49,378 nucleotides of DNA from Elusimicrobiota bacterium (GCA_027340875.1 DAIENX010000043.1:1-49378); one strand, 5' to 3'. Numbered from the stretch's first letter, positions 19,362-28,317 are shown. Program-made: numbers and translations. Notes: generated from the sequence alone by a model not told the origin.

Positions 19362-20888
19362 TCAAGCGCCGGCCTGCTCATTGGCTATCATGGTCCCGGC
19401 CGCGGCGGCAGGATCGGCTATCCTCCCGTCCCTTATCAGCGCGGCGGCCGTCGCCAGTATCCGTTCCAGCGCTTCCTCCACTTTCTCCCTGGACGGCACC
19501 CCGTAGCTCATGCTCTGCTCTATCATCTGCCAGGTCTTGTCGGCCATCTGGGCCTTTATCTTCTGCCTTACCTCATCCGGGAGCTCGAAAAGGGCGGTGG
19601 CCCATTCTTCCGGCTTCACGGTGGTGGCCATCAGTGAAAGCCCCTTCTCGTCGAGGAACGCCAGGTCCTCCGGCATGAGGAGGCGTCGCCGCACTTCCGC
19701 CGCCAACTCAGGATGCTTCTTGCGGAGTTCCTCCAGCATCCCCTTCTTCGCGCGCAGATCTATGGCGGAGATGGCCTCCATCGCGCCGTCCAGACCGCCC
19801 ACCGCCCCGCTGAGGCGGCGCTCCAGCTCCTCTTTGAGCGTGCCGATTATCTCCGGCTCCACGAAACGTATCTTGGCCATGTTTATGACGACGTCGGACG
19901 AGAACTCAGGGGGGAGCGCCTTCAGGAACTCGGCCCGCACCTCCTGCGCCAGATGGGCCGCCACCAGGGCCACGTTGGCGGGGTCCTCCGTTACCATCAT
20001 GTTCACTAGGAACGGCACCTGGGAAGGCCGGATATCGAACAGCACCCTCCCGCTTTCCTCCGGCTCCTCTTTTCCCGGTCCCGTCAGCTGCGGCTTATCC
20101 GGAGAAGCGCCGGCGGCCGACGCCTCGATGCCTCCCGGGGCCGCCCCCTTGCCCAGGTCCATAGTTATCTGGTGACTCTGCTGGACCTTGGCCATCGTGC
20201 TCATCGCTCCGGCCAGCTTGAGGAAACCGACGGCCACGACTATCATGCCTATTATCCCCATCACCGCCAGCAGCACGTACTTCAGGACCATGCTTATCGC
20301 TTCGGGGGTGTACCAGATGGTCCTCCAGAGCGGGGCGAACGGCGCCTTTATCACGGAGAGCTGGTCCCCCCGCTTAGGGTCCAGCATCAGCACCTCGGAG
20401 ACCACGCGGCGTATATTCTCCGCGTCCAGTTCCGGCACGTCCCGGTTCACTATGATGCTGACGTTCATCCTTTTTACGAAGGCCGACGGATAGAGCATCT
20501 GCCTGTTATATGACTTGTTCTCCGTCCCGCCGGCGGCGAACGACGGGAAACCGGGCATCAGGTAATCCCCTGACTGCGCGTCGCCGCCGGCCGCCTGCCA
20601 CTTGAAAGGGTTGCCCTTGTCCTGCTCCAGCTGCGAGCTGACCTCGACCTTTTCGGTGCGGCTGAAGTCCATCACGGTCTCCAGTATCACCTTGGCCTGG
20701 TTCGGCCCCAGCAGCCTCACGAGCACGTCGTCGGCTTTCTGTTCCAGCGTCTTCTCGTACTTGGCCTTATCCTCGAAGGGCAGCGACTGCGCCGTACAGC
20801 GCGGCGCGGTCAGCGGGACCAGCGCTGAGGCCAGCGTCAGGACGACGCGGAAGTCCGGCCATGAATTTATCTTCCTCGGTTTCTCCAT
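19362..20888 (-). CDS. FliF C-terminal ring domain (RBM3)-TM-FliG middle/C-terminal fusion protein
   Basis: N-terminal signal-like segment. LLGPNQAKV...MDFSRTE and VKRMNVSIIVN...DPKRGDQLSVIKAPF resemble FliF RBM3. One TM helix follows. EDPANVALVAAHL (EHPQ-like), GG hinge and LAAEVRRRLLMPEDL (MFxFEDL-like) resemble FliG. Confidence 0.82.
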   Translation of the reverse strand: MEKPRKINSWPDFRVVLTLASALVPLTAPRCTAQSLPFEDKAKYEKTLEQKADDVLVRLLGPNQAKVILETVMDFSRTEKVEVSSQLEQDKGNPFKWQAAGGDAQSGDYLMPGFPSFAAGGTENKSYNRQMLYPSAFVKRMNVSIIVNRDVPELDAENIRRVVSEVLMLDPKRGDQLSVIKAPFAPLWRTIWYTPEAISMVLKYVLLAVMGIIGMIVVAVGFLKLAGAMSTMAKVQQSHQITMDLGKGAAPGGIEASAAGASPDKPQLTGPGKEEPEESGRVLFDIRPSQVPFLVNMMVTEDPANVALVAAHLAQEVRAEFLKALPPEFSSDVVINMAKIRFVEPEIIGTLKEELERRLSGAVGGLDGAMEAISAIDLRAKKGMLEELRKKHPELAAEVRRRLLMPEDLAFLDEKGLSLMATTVKPEEWATALFELPDEVRQKIKAQMADKTWQMIEQSMSYGVPSREKVEEALERILATAAALIRDGRIADPAAAAGTMIANEQAGA

Positions 20889-20913
20889 ATTGTCCACCTT
20901 TGGCGCCTTCCGG

Positions 20914-21651
20914 CTACAGATAGGACTGCAGCCTTCTCTCCACGACCAGCGGCATGCTGCCCTTCATGATCTCCAGCACGCCTTCGAGTATCATGGACTT
21001 CAGCCGCACTTCCATCCATATCCTGGCGCGCATCTTGCCGGCGATGGGCACGCAGACCATGTTGGCGAAGAATATGCCGTAGAACGCCGAGGTTATGGCC
21101 AAGGCCATGGCGGGGCCCACGCTCTCGGGGTTGGAGAGGTCTTTCAGCACGCCTATGATCCCTATGAGCGTGCCGAGCAGGCCGAACATCGGCGCCATCA
21201 CGCCCATGGTCCTGTATACGTTGGCCACCTCGTTCATGTCGTCCACGCCCTGGTTTATCTCCATCTCCAGCACCTCGCGCACGAACTTGTAATCGTTGTA
21301 CTCCAGCGCCGCGGTCGCGGCCCTGTTCAGAAAACCGCCCGCCACTGACGTGGAGGCTTCCTTGAGGGCCGCCAGCCCGCGCATGCGCGACTGTTCCGCC
21401 AGGGAAACTATGACCGGTATCAGCTTCTCAGGGGAGGCCTCGTCCTTCTCCCTGAATATCAGCCCGAGCTCGCGCACGGCCCGGACCACGAACTTAAGCG
21501 GGGTGTTGATCAGCGTGGCGACGACGGTGCCGCCAAGCACCACGACCACCCCGTGCATGTTTATCAGCGAAGCCGAGATCTGGTTGCCGGCGACCCCGGC
21601 GAGTATCAGCCCCGCGGCGCCACAGAAGCCCAACAATGTCGTAATGTCCAT
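20914..21651 (-). CDS. motA: MotA/PomA-family stator subunit
   Basis: MDITTLLG start, VVLGGT, RxxGLAAL, APMFGLLGTLIG, GPAMALA, FYGIFFAN and EGVLEI motifs. Confidence 0.92.
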   Translation of the reverse strand: MDITTLLGFCGAAGLILAGVAGNQISASLINMHGVVVVLGGTVVATLINTPLKFVVRAVRELGLIFREKDEASPEKLIPVIVSLAEQSRMRGLAALKEASTSVAGGFLNRAATAALEYNDYKFVREVLEMEINQGVDDMNEVANVYRTMGVMAPMFGLLGTLIGIIGVLKDLSNPESVGPAMALAITSAFYGIFFANMVCVPIAGKMRARIWMEVRLKSMILEGVLEIMKGSMPLVVERRLQSYL

Positions 21652-21669
21652 TATCTCCTCCGAATCGCC

Positions 21670-22611
21670 CTATACTCCGACCGGCACCTTGAACCAGAAA
21701 GTGGAACCCTTGCCCAGGCCGGGGCTGGTCGCCCCGATGTCCCCGCCGTGCGCGCGCACGACCTCCTGGGCGATGCAGAGGCCGAGGCCCCACCCCTGCT
21801 TACGAAGCTTCTCGTCCTTCTGATACTTGGCCTGGTAGAACTTCTCGAATATCTTCTTGGTCTCGCTGGGATGTATACCTATGCCGGAGTCCTTCACCAG
21901 CGTGTGCACGTACTTGCCTTCCCGCTTGAAGAACACCTCGACCTTCTTGCTCTCGGGAGTGAACTTTATGGCGTTGTTGACCAGGTTCATGAAGACCTGC
22001 GACAGCCGGAACTTGTCGCCGTCCACGATCACCCCCTCCGGGAAATCGTGCGCCACCAGGACCACTCCTTTCTTCTGCGCGTTTATCGACAACCCCGGCA
22101 GGATGTCCCGGGCCATCTCCGGGAACTCGAAAGGCGACTTTTCCATCTTGAGCTTGCCGGCCTCTATCATGGCCAGGTCCGTGAGATCGGAGATCAGCCT
22201 GCCCAGCTGATCGGTGGAGCTGACGATGTTCTTGAGGTACATGGCCTCCCGCTCCCCGACGTTCTTCTTCATCAGCAGCTCGCTGAAGCCCCTGATGGAC
22301 GCCAGCGGCGTGCGCACGTCGTGGACCACCATGGAGAGGAACTTGGACTTCATATCGTTGAGGCGCGCCAGCTCCTGGTTGGACAGCGAAAGCCTGTCCG
22401 ACATGGCCTCCAGCTGCTGCTTGCGCTGGAAAAGCTGTCCCTGGGCGATGGTGATGCGCTCCATGTACTGCTGTATGATCATGTTCGAGAAGTTCTGCCT
22501 GCTGTTGAAGAAAGCCGACTGCATGAAGCCGGACACCTGGGCCACAACGAGGAAGCCCGCCCCCAGCAGCAGCAGGGACATCGGGATAATGACTATCACC
22601 AGCATCTCCAT
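21670..22611 (-). CDS. Membrane-anchored histidine kinase (HisKA + HATPase), no obvious sensor domain
   Basis: N-terminal TM, HDVRTPLASIRG H-box, NLVNNAIKFT, DSGIGI and GLGL. Confidence 0.92.
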   Translation of the reverse strand: MEMLVIVIIPMSLLLLGAGFLVVAQVSGFMQSAFFNSRQNFSNMIIQQYMERITIAQGQLFQRKQQLEAMSDRLSLSNQELARLNDMKSKFLSMVVHDVRTPLASIRGFSELLMKKNVGEREAMYLKNIVSSTDQLGRLISDLTDLAMIEAGKLKMEKSPFEFPEMARDILPGLSINAQKKGVVLVAHDFPEGVIVDGDKFRLSQVFMNLVNNAIKFTPESKKVEVFFKREGKYVHTLVKDSGIGIHPSETKKIFEKFYQAKYQKDEKLRKQGWGLGLCIAQEVVRAHGGDIGATSPGLGKGSTFWFKVPVGV

Positions 22612-22623
22612 AGCTTCTCCGGG

Positions 22624-24336
22624 TCACCAGCCCTGCGTTTCCATGAACTTCCGCGTCACCTGGTCTTCGGGGTTCAGTTGCAGCGCCTTCCGGTAGGCGC
22701 TTTTCGCCTTCTCCTTGTCTCCCATCATGAAGTAGGCCGACCCCAGCCTGGTCCAGCTCACGGGGTTCTCCTCGTCGATAACGGAGACCTCCTCGCATTC
22801 CTTCGCGGCCGAGTCGAACTGCTGGATATAGAACCATTTGGCCGCCTTGCGCAGCTTCTCCTTTATAAGCGCCGTCCTGGGCATTATCTCCCCCCTGCGG
22901 ACCTCCATCTTCACCAGGCCGGCCGTTAAATACAGGTATTCCTCGAACAGGGGATCCCCGCGCAGGTCGGCGCCGAGCGCCGCATGGGCCAGCAGGAACG
23001 CCTTGAGGTCCTTGCCCTCCAGATAGGCGTCGATGGACTGCGCCGCGGTATCGGACTGTTCCGTCCGCCGGGAAAGGAGGGTCTCCCGGGACGGGATATC
23101 CTTCAGCCTCAGTCCGGAGATGATCTCGTCCAGGCGCTTCTCACGCCTTCCCCAGTCACCCTCCCGGAGGTTCGGCTCCAGGTTGAACGCTTTCTTGATA
23201 TTGGCGGAAGCCGAGACATAGCGGCGGGCCTCCAGGTCCTTGCGGGCCAGCTCCAGGAAATCCCTGGCGAAGAGCCCGAGCTTCTCTATCTTCTCCTTGG
23301 GGGCGATGAGCTTGGCATTTCGCACCCGCTTCGTGGCGCCGGCCAGAGGCTGCGCCGCCATCTGGGACCCGAGGCGCATGGAGACCCCTATCTTATGCAT
23401 GGCCCCCAGCTCGCCGAACGGCGACATCGAATAGTCTATATCCATCAATGAGAGCCTGAAGCCCACCCCGAAACGGACCCCGGAGCCCATCTGCTGGCCG
23501 GTGCGGTAGCCTGCCCTGAGGGAGAGCAGCTGGAAGGCCACGTATTCCGCTCCGAGCGAAGCGTAATACTTCTCGTCGTTGGAGAAGGTCTGGTCGAGGC
23601 TCAGGATCAGGCTGGCGCTCCCGCCGGGATGGGACACCCACGCCCCTCCGACGGTGGCGGACAGCGGCAGCGGGGATGAGCGCCGGTCGAACTTGAGGCC
23701 GGGGCCGATGTTCCGGACCGCCGCCGCTACGCGCAGCTCCTGGGCCGGCACTTTGCTCATCCAATACTTCGCCGGGCGTATATAGTAAACCGCCCCCAGG
23801 TCCAGGGCGGCGGTATCGGCCGCCGCGCTGTCGAGCTTTTCGCTTATGTACTTCAGCCCCGCCCCGACGTTAAGGACAGGGCGCTCGATCTCGTCCTTGA
23901 GCAGCGCGCGTCCGTACGCGGCGCCGATCGCCAGGTCCGAAGAGGCGACCTTGCCCGTCTTGACCCCCTGCGCGTCGTACCCCTGGAAAGGGGAGACGCT
24001 CAGGCGCGTCACGTTCACTCCCAGCGTGGAGCCGTAGCGCAGCGGATACGCGGCGGAGAGGTACTGCTGGGAGACGTCCTGCAGGGAATCGTTATAGGTC
24101 GCCGCCAGCTGCGCCGCCTCCACGCTGGCCAGCCCGGCCGGATTCCACCATGGCGAGTAGGCGTCCTCGGAAACCGAGGTGTAGGCTTCGCCCATGCCGG
24201 TACCTCGGGGGCTGGGCGAGAACTTCAGGAACGAGGCCGCCGCCGAGCCGGCGCTCCCGGCGCAGACGGGGAGACGGCAAAGCAGCGCCGTAAGGAATAC
24301 GGCAGCGGCAGCAGTTCCGCGGGTTCCTCTATTCAT
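22624..24336 (-). CDS. PorV/PorQ-family outer-membrane barrel with C-terminal TPR region
   Basis: Signal peptide, then FLKFSPSPRGTGMGEAYTSVSEDAYSPWWNPAGLA (PorV/FadL-like N-terminus), barrel strands ending HKIGVSMRLG, then helical/TPR repeats (WTRLGSAYF...ALQLNP). Confidence 0.8.
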   Translation of the reverse strand: MNRGTRGTAAAAVFLTALLCRLPVCAGSAGSAAASFLKFSPSPRGTGMGEAYTSVSEDAYSPWWNPAGLASVEAAQLAATYNDSLQDVSQQYLSAAYPLRYGSTLGVNVTRLSVSPFQGYDAQGVKTGKVASSDLAIGAAYGRALLKDEIERPVLNVGAGLKYISEKLDSAAADTAALDLGAVYYIRPAKYWMSKVPAQELRVAAAVRNIGPGLKFDRRSSPLPLSATVGGAWVSHPGGSASLILSLDQTFSNDEKYYASLGAEYVAFQLLSLRAGYRTGQQMGSGVRFGVGFRLSLMDIDYSMSPFGELGAMHKIGVSMRLGSQMAAQPLAGATKRVRNAKLIAPKEKIEKLGLFARDFLELARKDLEARRYVSASANIKKAFNLEPNLREGDWGRREKRLDEIISGLRLKDIPSRETLLSRRTEQSDTAAQSIDAYLEGKDLKAFLLAHAALGADLRGDPLFEEYLYLTAGLVKMEVRRGEIMPRTALIKEKLRKAAKWFYIQQFDSAAKECEEVSVIDEENPVSWTRLGSAYFMMGDKEKAKSAYRKALQLNPEDQVTRKFMETQGW

Positions 24337-24355
24337 AGTAAGCGCACCTATGAAT

Positions 24356-24398
24356 AGTCTATAAGCGGAAGCCCCCTGAATCCCGAAGAAATTATGAA
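24356..24398 (-). promoter_or_regulatory. Island promoter motif copy 1 (drives porV-like to motB operon)
   Basis: TTCATAATTTC-TTCGGGATTC-N16-TAGACT. Confidence 0.7.
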
Positions 24399-24474
24399 GT
24401 TCCTGCGTGCGTAGGAAGGGCCCCGGGGGCGCAGTTCCTGTCCGTCACGCCAGCGGTCAGATGGAAGCAGGCGC

Positions 24475-24567
24475 TCACAGACCGCGCGCCAGCAGGTAGC
24501 AGCTGATCGCGGAGAAGACCAGCAGGAGAGCTATGACCGCCCTGTCCCAGAGATCACGGCGTTCCAT
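24475..24567 (-). CDS. 30-aa single-TM small protein
   Basis: MERRDLWDRAVIALLLVFSAISCYLLARGL; ATG overlaps the stop of the upstream receiver gene (TGATG). Confidence 0.45.
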   Translation of the reverse strand: MERRDLWDRAVIALLLVFSAISCYLLARGL

Positions 24568-24956
24568 CAGCGCTGCCCCAGCACCTCTCCGGCCTTCTCC
24601 AGGACCTTTTCGGGAGGGATCATCTTAGGGAAGTAGCAGACGAAGCCCGGAGTGGACGAGAAGACGGTGTTCAGGCCGGCGTCCATGAAGTTTTCGCCGG
24701 TCATCACCACGAAACGCACGCCGCGCAGCCCGGGATCGGCGGCGGCGCGGCGCTTGAGCTCGATGGCGAACTCCTTGCCGGACATCACCGGCATGGCGAC
24801 GTCCAGCACGATGAAGTCTGGCTTGTCGGATACCACCGACGCCATAGCCTCCTTTCCGTTCTTGGCGAGCGCCACCGCGTAGCCGGCGTCCTCGAAGACG
24901 TAGCGGAAGAGTTCCAGTATGGCCGTCTCGTCGTCGACTATAAGCACTTTAGGCAT
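24567..24956 (-). CDS. Single-domain response regulator (CheY-like receiver)
   Basis: VLIVDDE, PDFIVLDVAMPVMSG, VMTG and FPK. Confidence 0.9.
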   Translation of the reverse strand: MPKVLIVDDETAILELFRYVFEDAGYAVALAKNGKEAMASVVSDKPDFIVLDVAMPVMSGKEFAIELKRRAAADPGLRGVRFVVMTGENFMDAGLNTVFSSTPGFVCYFPKMIPPEKVLEKAGEVLGQR

Positions 24957-26334
24957 CTTTTCGGGCCTCCGGTATCGTGAACGTGAATTTGCTGCCTTTC
25001 CCCTCCTGGGACTCGAGCGATATGTCCCCCCCATGGAGCTCCACGGCCATCTTGCACATGGCCAGCCCCAGGCCGAAACCCATGTATTTGTGCTCCTCCA
25101 GCTGGGAATACTTATCGAAGACCTCCTTATGCCTGTCCGGGGGTATCCCGGGTCCCGTGTCGGACACCGAGAACACCACCGTCCCGGCCCCGCCGCCGCA
25201 GGAGAGGATCACCCTGCCGCCCGACGGGGTGAACTTCAGGGAGTTACCGACCAGATTGCTTATCACCCTTTCCAGCAGACGTCCGTCCCCCTTGAAAGGC
25301 AGCGGGCCGGGGGCCGCCGGGGCAGAGAGAGCTATGTTCTTGCGCGCGGCCAGCGGCTCATAGAGCTCGAAGACGCGCCCGCACAGGGCATTGGCGTCAA
25401 GCTCCTCCGTAGAAAGCTTCATGTCGCCCTTCTCCAGCTTTATCGTGTTCAGGATATCCTCTATCATCCCGTTAAGGCGTACCGAGGAGTTCATGATGGC
25501 GTGCAGACATTTGCCGGACCTGGCGGAGAGCGGCAGGTCCTTCTCCAGCAGCTGGGCATAGCCCTGTATGCTGGTCAGCGGGGCGCGCATGTCATGGGTG
25601 ATCATGTGGAAGAAGGTCTCCCGGGCGCTCTCGATCTCCTTTTCCACGGTAACGTCCCTTATGACTATCACGCGGCCAGGCCGCTTGAACGCGGCCATCT
25701 GGAACTGCCGGGACATCACCCGGTAATCGCGCTCTACCGGGGAGCCCTGCCCGGAACCCAGCACGGCCACCTCCGCCTTGACGTAGTTGTCGGAAGAATC
25801 CATCAGGGCGGCGAGCACGGGGCGGAAGGGCTCCTCTCCTACGGAAGCGGGAAGGGAGATGTCCTGCTCCTCCTCCGGAACTTTCAGCACTTTCAGCGCC
25901 AGCTTATTGGAATGGATAAGCCTGCCCCTGTCGTCCACCAGCAGGATGGCGTCGCTGATGGTCTCGATCAGGGCCTGAGCCTTCGCGCGCTCCTCGACTA
26001 CCTGGTTCAGATGGAAGGCCCTGTAGGCGCTCAATTCCAGCATCAGCCGGTTCAGCGACGAAATAAGCTCGGCCGTTTCCGGCCAGCCCGTCTTAGGAAG
26101 CGGCGAGGCCAGCTTATAATCGGAGGTCCTGAAGGACTTCACCGTCTCCGACATGTTCTCCAGGGGCCGCCCCATGCCGCGCAGGACCGCCCGGACCGAG
26201 AAAAAGGACGCAAGAACGGCCGCGGCGGCCGCCGCGTAGCCGGCGCCGCCGGAGGAGCTCCACAGCGCGAAGACCGCCAAAGGAGCGGCGGCGGCGGCCG
26301 TGATGGTGAGCGATAGGCGGAAATTCAGCTTCAT
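24949..26334 (-). CDS. Histidine kinase (2 TM, HAMP, PAS, HisKA, HATPase)
   Basis: HDMRAPLTSIQG, NLVGNSLKFT, DTGPGI, GFGLGL; PAS-like ISDAILLVD...VIRDVT. Confidence 0.93.
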   Translation of the reverse strand: MKLNFRLSLTITAAAAAPLAVFALWSSSGGAGYAAAAAAVLASFFSVRAVLRGMGRPLENMSETVKSFRTSDYKLASPLPKTGWPETAELISSLNRLMLELSAYRAFHLNQVVEERAKAQALIETISDAILLVDDRGRLIHSNKLALKVLKVPEEEQDISLPASVGEEPFRPVLAALMDSSDNYVKAEVAVLGSGQGSPVERDYRVMSRQFQMAAFKRPGRVIVIRDVTVEKEIESARETFFHMITHDMRAPLTSIQGYAQLLEKDLPLSARSGKCLHAIMNSSVRLNGMIEDILNTIKLEKGDMKLSTEELDANALCGRVFELYEPLAARKNIALSAPAAPGPLPFKGDGRLLERVISNLVGNSLKFTPSGGRVILSCGGGAGTVVFSVSDTGPGIPPDRHKEVFDKYSQLEEHKYMGFGLGLAMCKMAVELHGGDISLESQEGKGSKFTFTIPEARKDA

Positions 26335-26361
26335 TCGAACGTTCTCCTGAATGCTCCGGGC

Positions 26362-26394
26362 ATTATACCTCGGACGCGGCCGGGAAATCCCGAA
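26362..26394 (-). promoter_or_regulatory. Island promoter motif copy 2
   Basis: TTCGGGATTT-N17-TATAAT upstream of the kinase gene. Confidence 0.75.
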
Positions 26395-26418
26395 AGCCGC
26401 TACGGCAGGAGGCCTGGT

Positions 26419-26784
26419 TCAGCCCAAGAAGGAAAGCATCTCTGACACACAGGACAGAAGTTCCTCGGACCTTACCGGTTTTTTGAAGAGGCGGACCCTC
26501 CCATGCGCCCGGAGAAACGGTTCGACGCGCTCTGGCAGGCCGGTGACGAAAATGACAGGGACGCCGCTTTTGAGTATTTCACGGGTTATCATGAACACCT
26601 GCTCCCCCCCGCCGCCGGGCATTTCGGCGTCCAGGATGACCAGGTGCGGCTTGAGCTCCAGGAAGATCATCATCGCGGCCGTCGCGTCCGGGGCGATCAG
26701 CACCTCGTAGCCCGCTTCCTGCAGCAGGGCCTTGTAGTACTCGGTCAGGGCCGGGTCGTCATCCACCGCGAGTATCCGCTTCAT
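26419..26784 (-). CDS. Single-domain response regulator
   Basis: ILAVDDD, PHLVILDAEMPGGGG, FVTG and KKP. Confidence 0.9.
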   Translation of the reverse strand: MKRILAVDDDPALTEYYKALLQEAGYEVLIAPDATAAMMIFLELKPHLVILDAEMPGGGGEQVFMITREILKSGVPVIFVTGLPERVEPFLRAHGRVRLFKKPVRSEELLSCVSEMLSFLG

Positions 26785-27149
26785 CGACGCGGCCTCCCGT
26801 CGAAGCGGGAGATCTCCCGCGCTATCCGGCCGAAATCGAACGGCTTGGGCAGCACCGGGATCTCCCGCGGGATGCCCATATCCGCCAGTTCCGCCGCCGA
26901 GGCTCCGGAAATTATCATCACGGCTATCCCGGCAAGGGCCGGGTACATGTCCATCATGGCTATCATGGAACTTCCCGACATCAGCGGCATGTGCAGATCG
27001 GTGATAATCAGGTCCGGCCGGTCCGACAGGGCCATCTTCACCAGTTCCTCCCCGTTGGGGGCGCTTCGCGTTTCGTGACCGAGCTCCGTCACGAAGTCGG
27101 TCAGCAGCGCTCTAAGCAGTTCGTCGTCTTCAGCGATGAGTATCTTCAT
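26781..27149 (-). CDS. Single-domain response regulator
   Basis: ILIAEDD, PDLIITDLHMPLMSG, IISG and PKPF. Confidence 0.9.
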   Translation of the reverse strand: MKILIAEDDELLRALLTDFVTELGHETRSAPNGEELVKMALSDRPDLIITDLHMPLMSGSSMIAMMDMYPALAGIAVMIISGASAAELADMGIPREIPVLPKPFDFGRIAREISRFDGRPRR

Positions 27150-27266
27150 GGTTGTCCAGACCGCGTCGCCAAGCCGGCTCTCCAGGTCGCCGCTTCCAAC
27201 GCCGTGCCGTCAGCGCCGGGACTGGCCGGTATTCCGCCCGTCCCGTAAAGTCCCAAGCATACGCGG

Positions 27267-27298
27267 ATTATATAACAAACTATCCGCCGAATCCCGAA
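27267..27298 (-). promoter_or_regulatory. Island promoter motif copy 3
   Basis: TTCGGGATTC-N16-TATAAT upstream of the receiver pair. Confidence 0.75.
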
Positions 27299-27406
27299 GT
27301 CCGGCCGCGGTGGAAAGCGCCGCAACGGGGACAAAACAGCTCCACTGGCGGCCGGCCAGGCTTTTGATGTTCCATTCGGGTCCCAATTTGCTTTAATCCC
27401 TGTAAG

Positions 27407-28273
27407 ATGAAAAACGGCAATAATCATCGCAGAGCCCAGGAGTTCGCCGCCACGCTGAAAAAGCTCCGTGAAGAGTCCGGTTTCAAGACCGCATATGCCT
27501 TCTTCCACGACAGTGGAGGGAAGGCCGTTTTCGGTTTCTCGTACAGGATGTACCTGGCGATGGAGAGCGGGCATAAGATCCCGCCCTTCAAGGCGGTCCC
27601 TGTGCTCATCCATTGCCTGCACATGGTCGCCCTGAGCGAGCCCGCGATGAAGCTGGTCTCCGCCTGGCTGACGCGGAAACTCGGCGCGAGCGCCTTCGAC
27701 CTTCTCCTGAAACCGCTGCTTAAAGAACCCCTCCCGCCGCCCCAATCGCCCTTTCAGAAGGTCCTCCACCGCTCTCTTTCGGACCAAAAAAAGTTCGTTA
27801 CGCCGCAGGAAGTCGAGGTAATAGCGAGGAACCGGGCCAACTACCTATGCTGGATGCTGATGTCCAATGATTCTGGGAAATGGGAACCGGTGGGCCTCTC
27901 CAAGCAGCTGGGCATAAGCCGGGCCGCGGCGCGCGCCGCCCTGGAGGAGCTATGCGCCACCAAGCTGCTTAAAAGAGTTTCCGGGAACGCCTGTAAATGC
28001 CCTTTCGCGGGGTACGCGTACGAATACCCCCGGATCAACATCTCCGAAGCCGCGAAGCGGATCAGAAAAATACAGGACGAGATAATGCAGGACGGACAGG
28101 AGATATACTTGAGGCGGGCGATCCTGCGGGCGGACCTCACCGAACTGGCCAACTATATGCCGCTGCTGTCCCTCAATATCACCGCCGTACAGGCCTACGG
28201 CACCACAAAACACACCGACACGACCGCGTTCTTCAATATTGAAACGAGAATAGTGAAGATCCTTGATACTTAG
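27407..28273 (+). CDS. Putative DNA-binding protein (XRE-like HTH plus winged helix; TIGR02147/DUF4423-like layout)
   Basis: FAATLKKLREESG...SYRMYLAMESGHKIP N-terminus and a central LSKQLGISRAAARAALEEL HTH. Confidence 0.6.
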   Translation: MKNGNNHRRAQEFAATLKKLREESGFKTAYAFFHDSGGKAVFGFSYRMYLAMESGHKIPPFKAVPVLIHCLHMVALSEPAMKLVSAWLTRKLGASAFDLLLKPLLKEPLPPPQSPFQKVLHRSLSDQKKFVTPQEVEVIARNRANYLCWMLMSNDSGKWEPVGLSKQLGISRAAARAALEELCATKLLKRVSGNACKCPFAGYAYEYPRINISEAAKRIRKIQDEIMQDGQEIYLRRAILRADLTELANYMPLLSLNITAVQAYGTTKHTDTTAFFNIETRIVKILDT

Positions 28274-28317
28274 GGGCCGGTCCCGCCCGCGCCCTTGAGC
28301 GCCGGGGACAACGGAGG

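Noticed and set aside
17057..21651. Zorya anti-phage system (ZorA/ZorB are MotA/MotB-like)
   Set aside because: MotA is 245 aa with flagellar-type motifs and no long tail, a FliG-like partner is present, and no ZorC/D/E helicase or nuclease is seen.
17057..21651. Ordinary flagellar gene cluster or ExbBD/TolQR system
   Set aside because: No export, rod, hook, filament or switch genes in the window. MotB has a peptidoglycan-binding domain unlike ExbD/TolR, and no TonB/TolA is seen. Flagellar genes elsewhere in the genome cannot be excluded.
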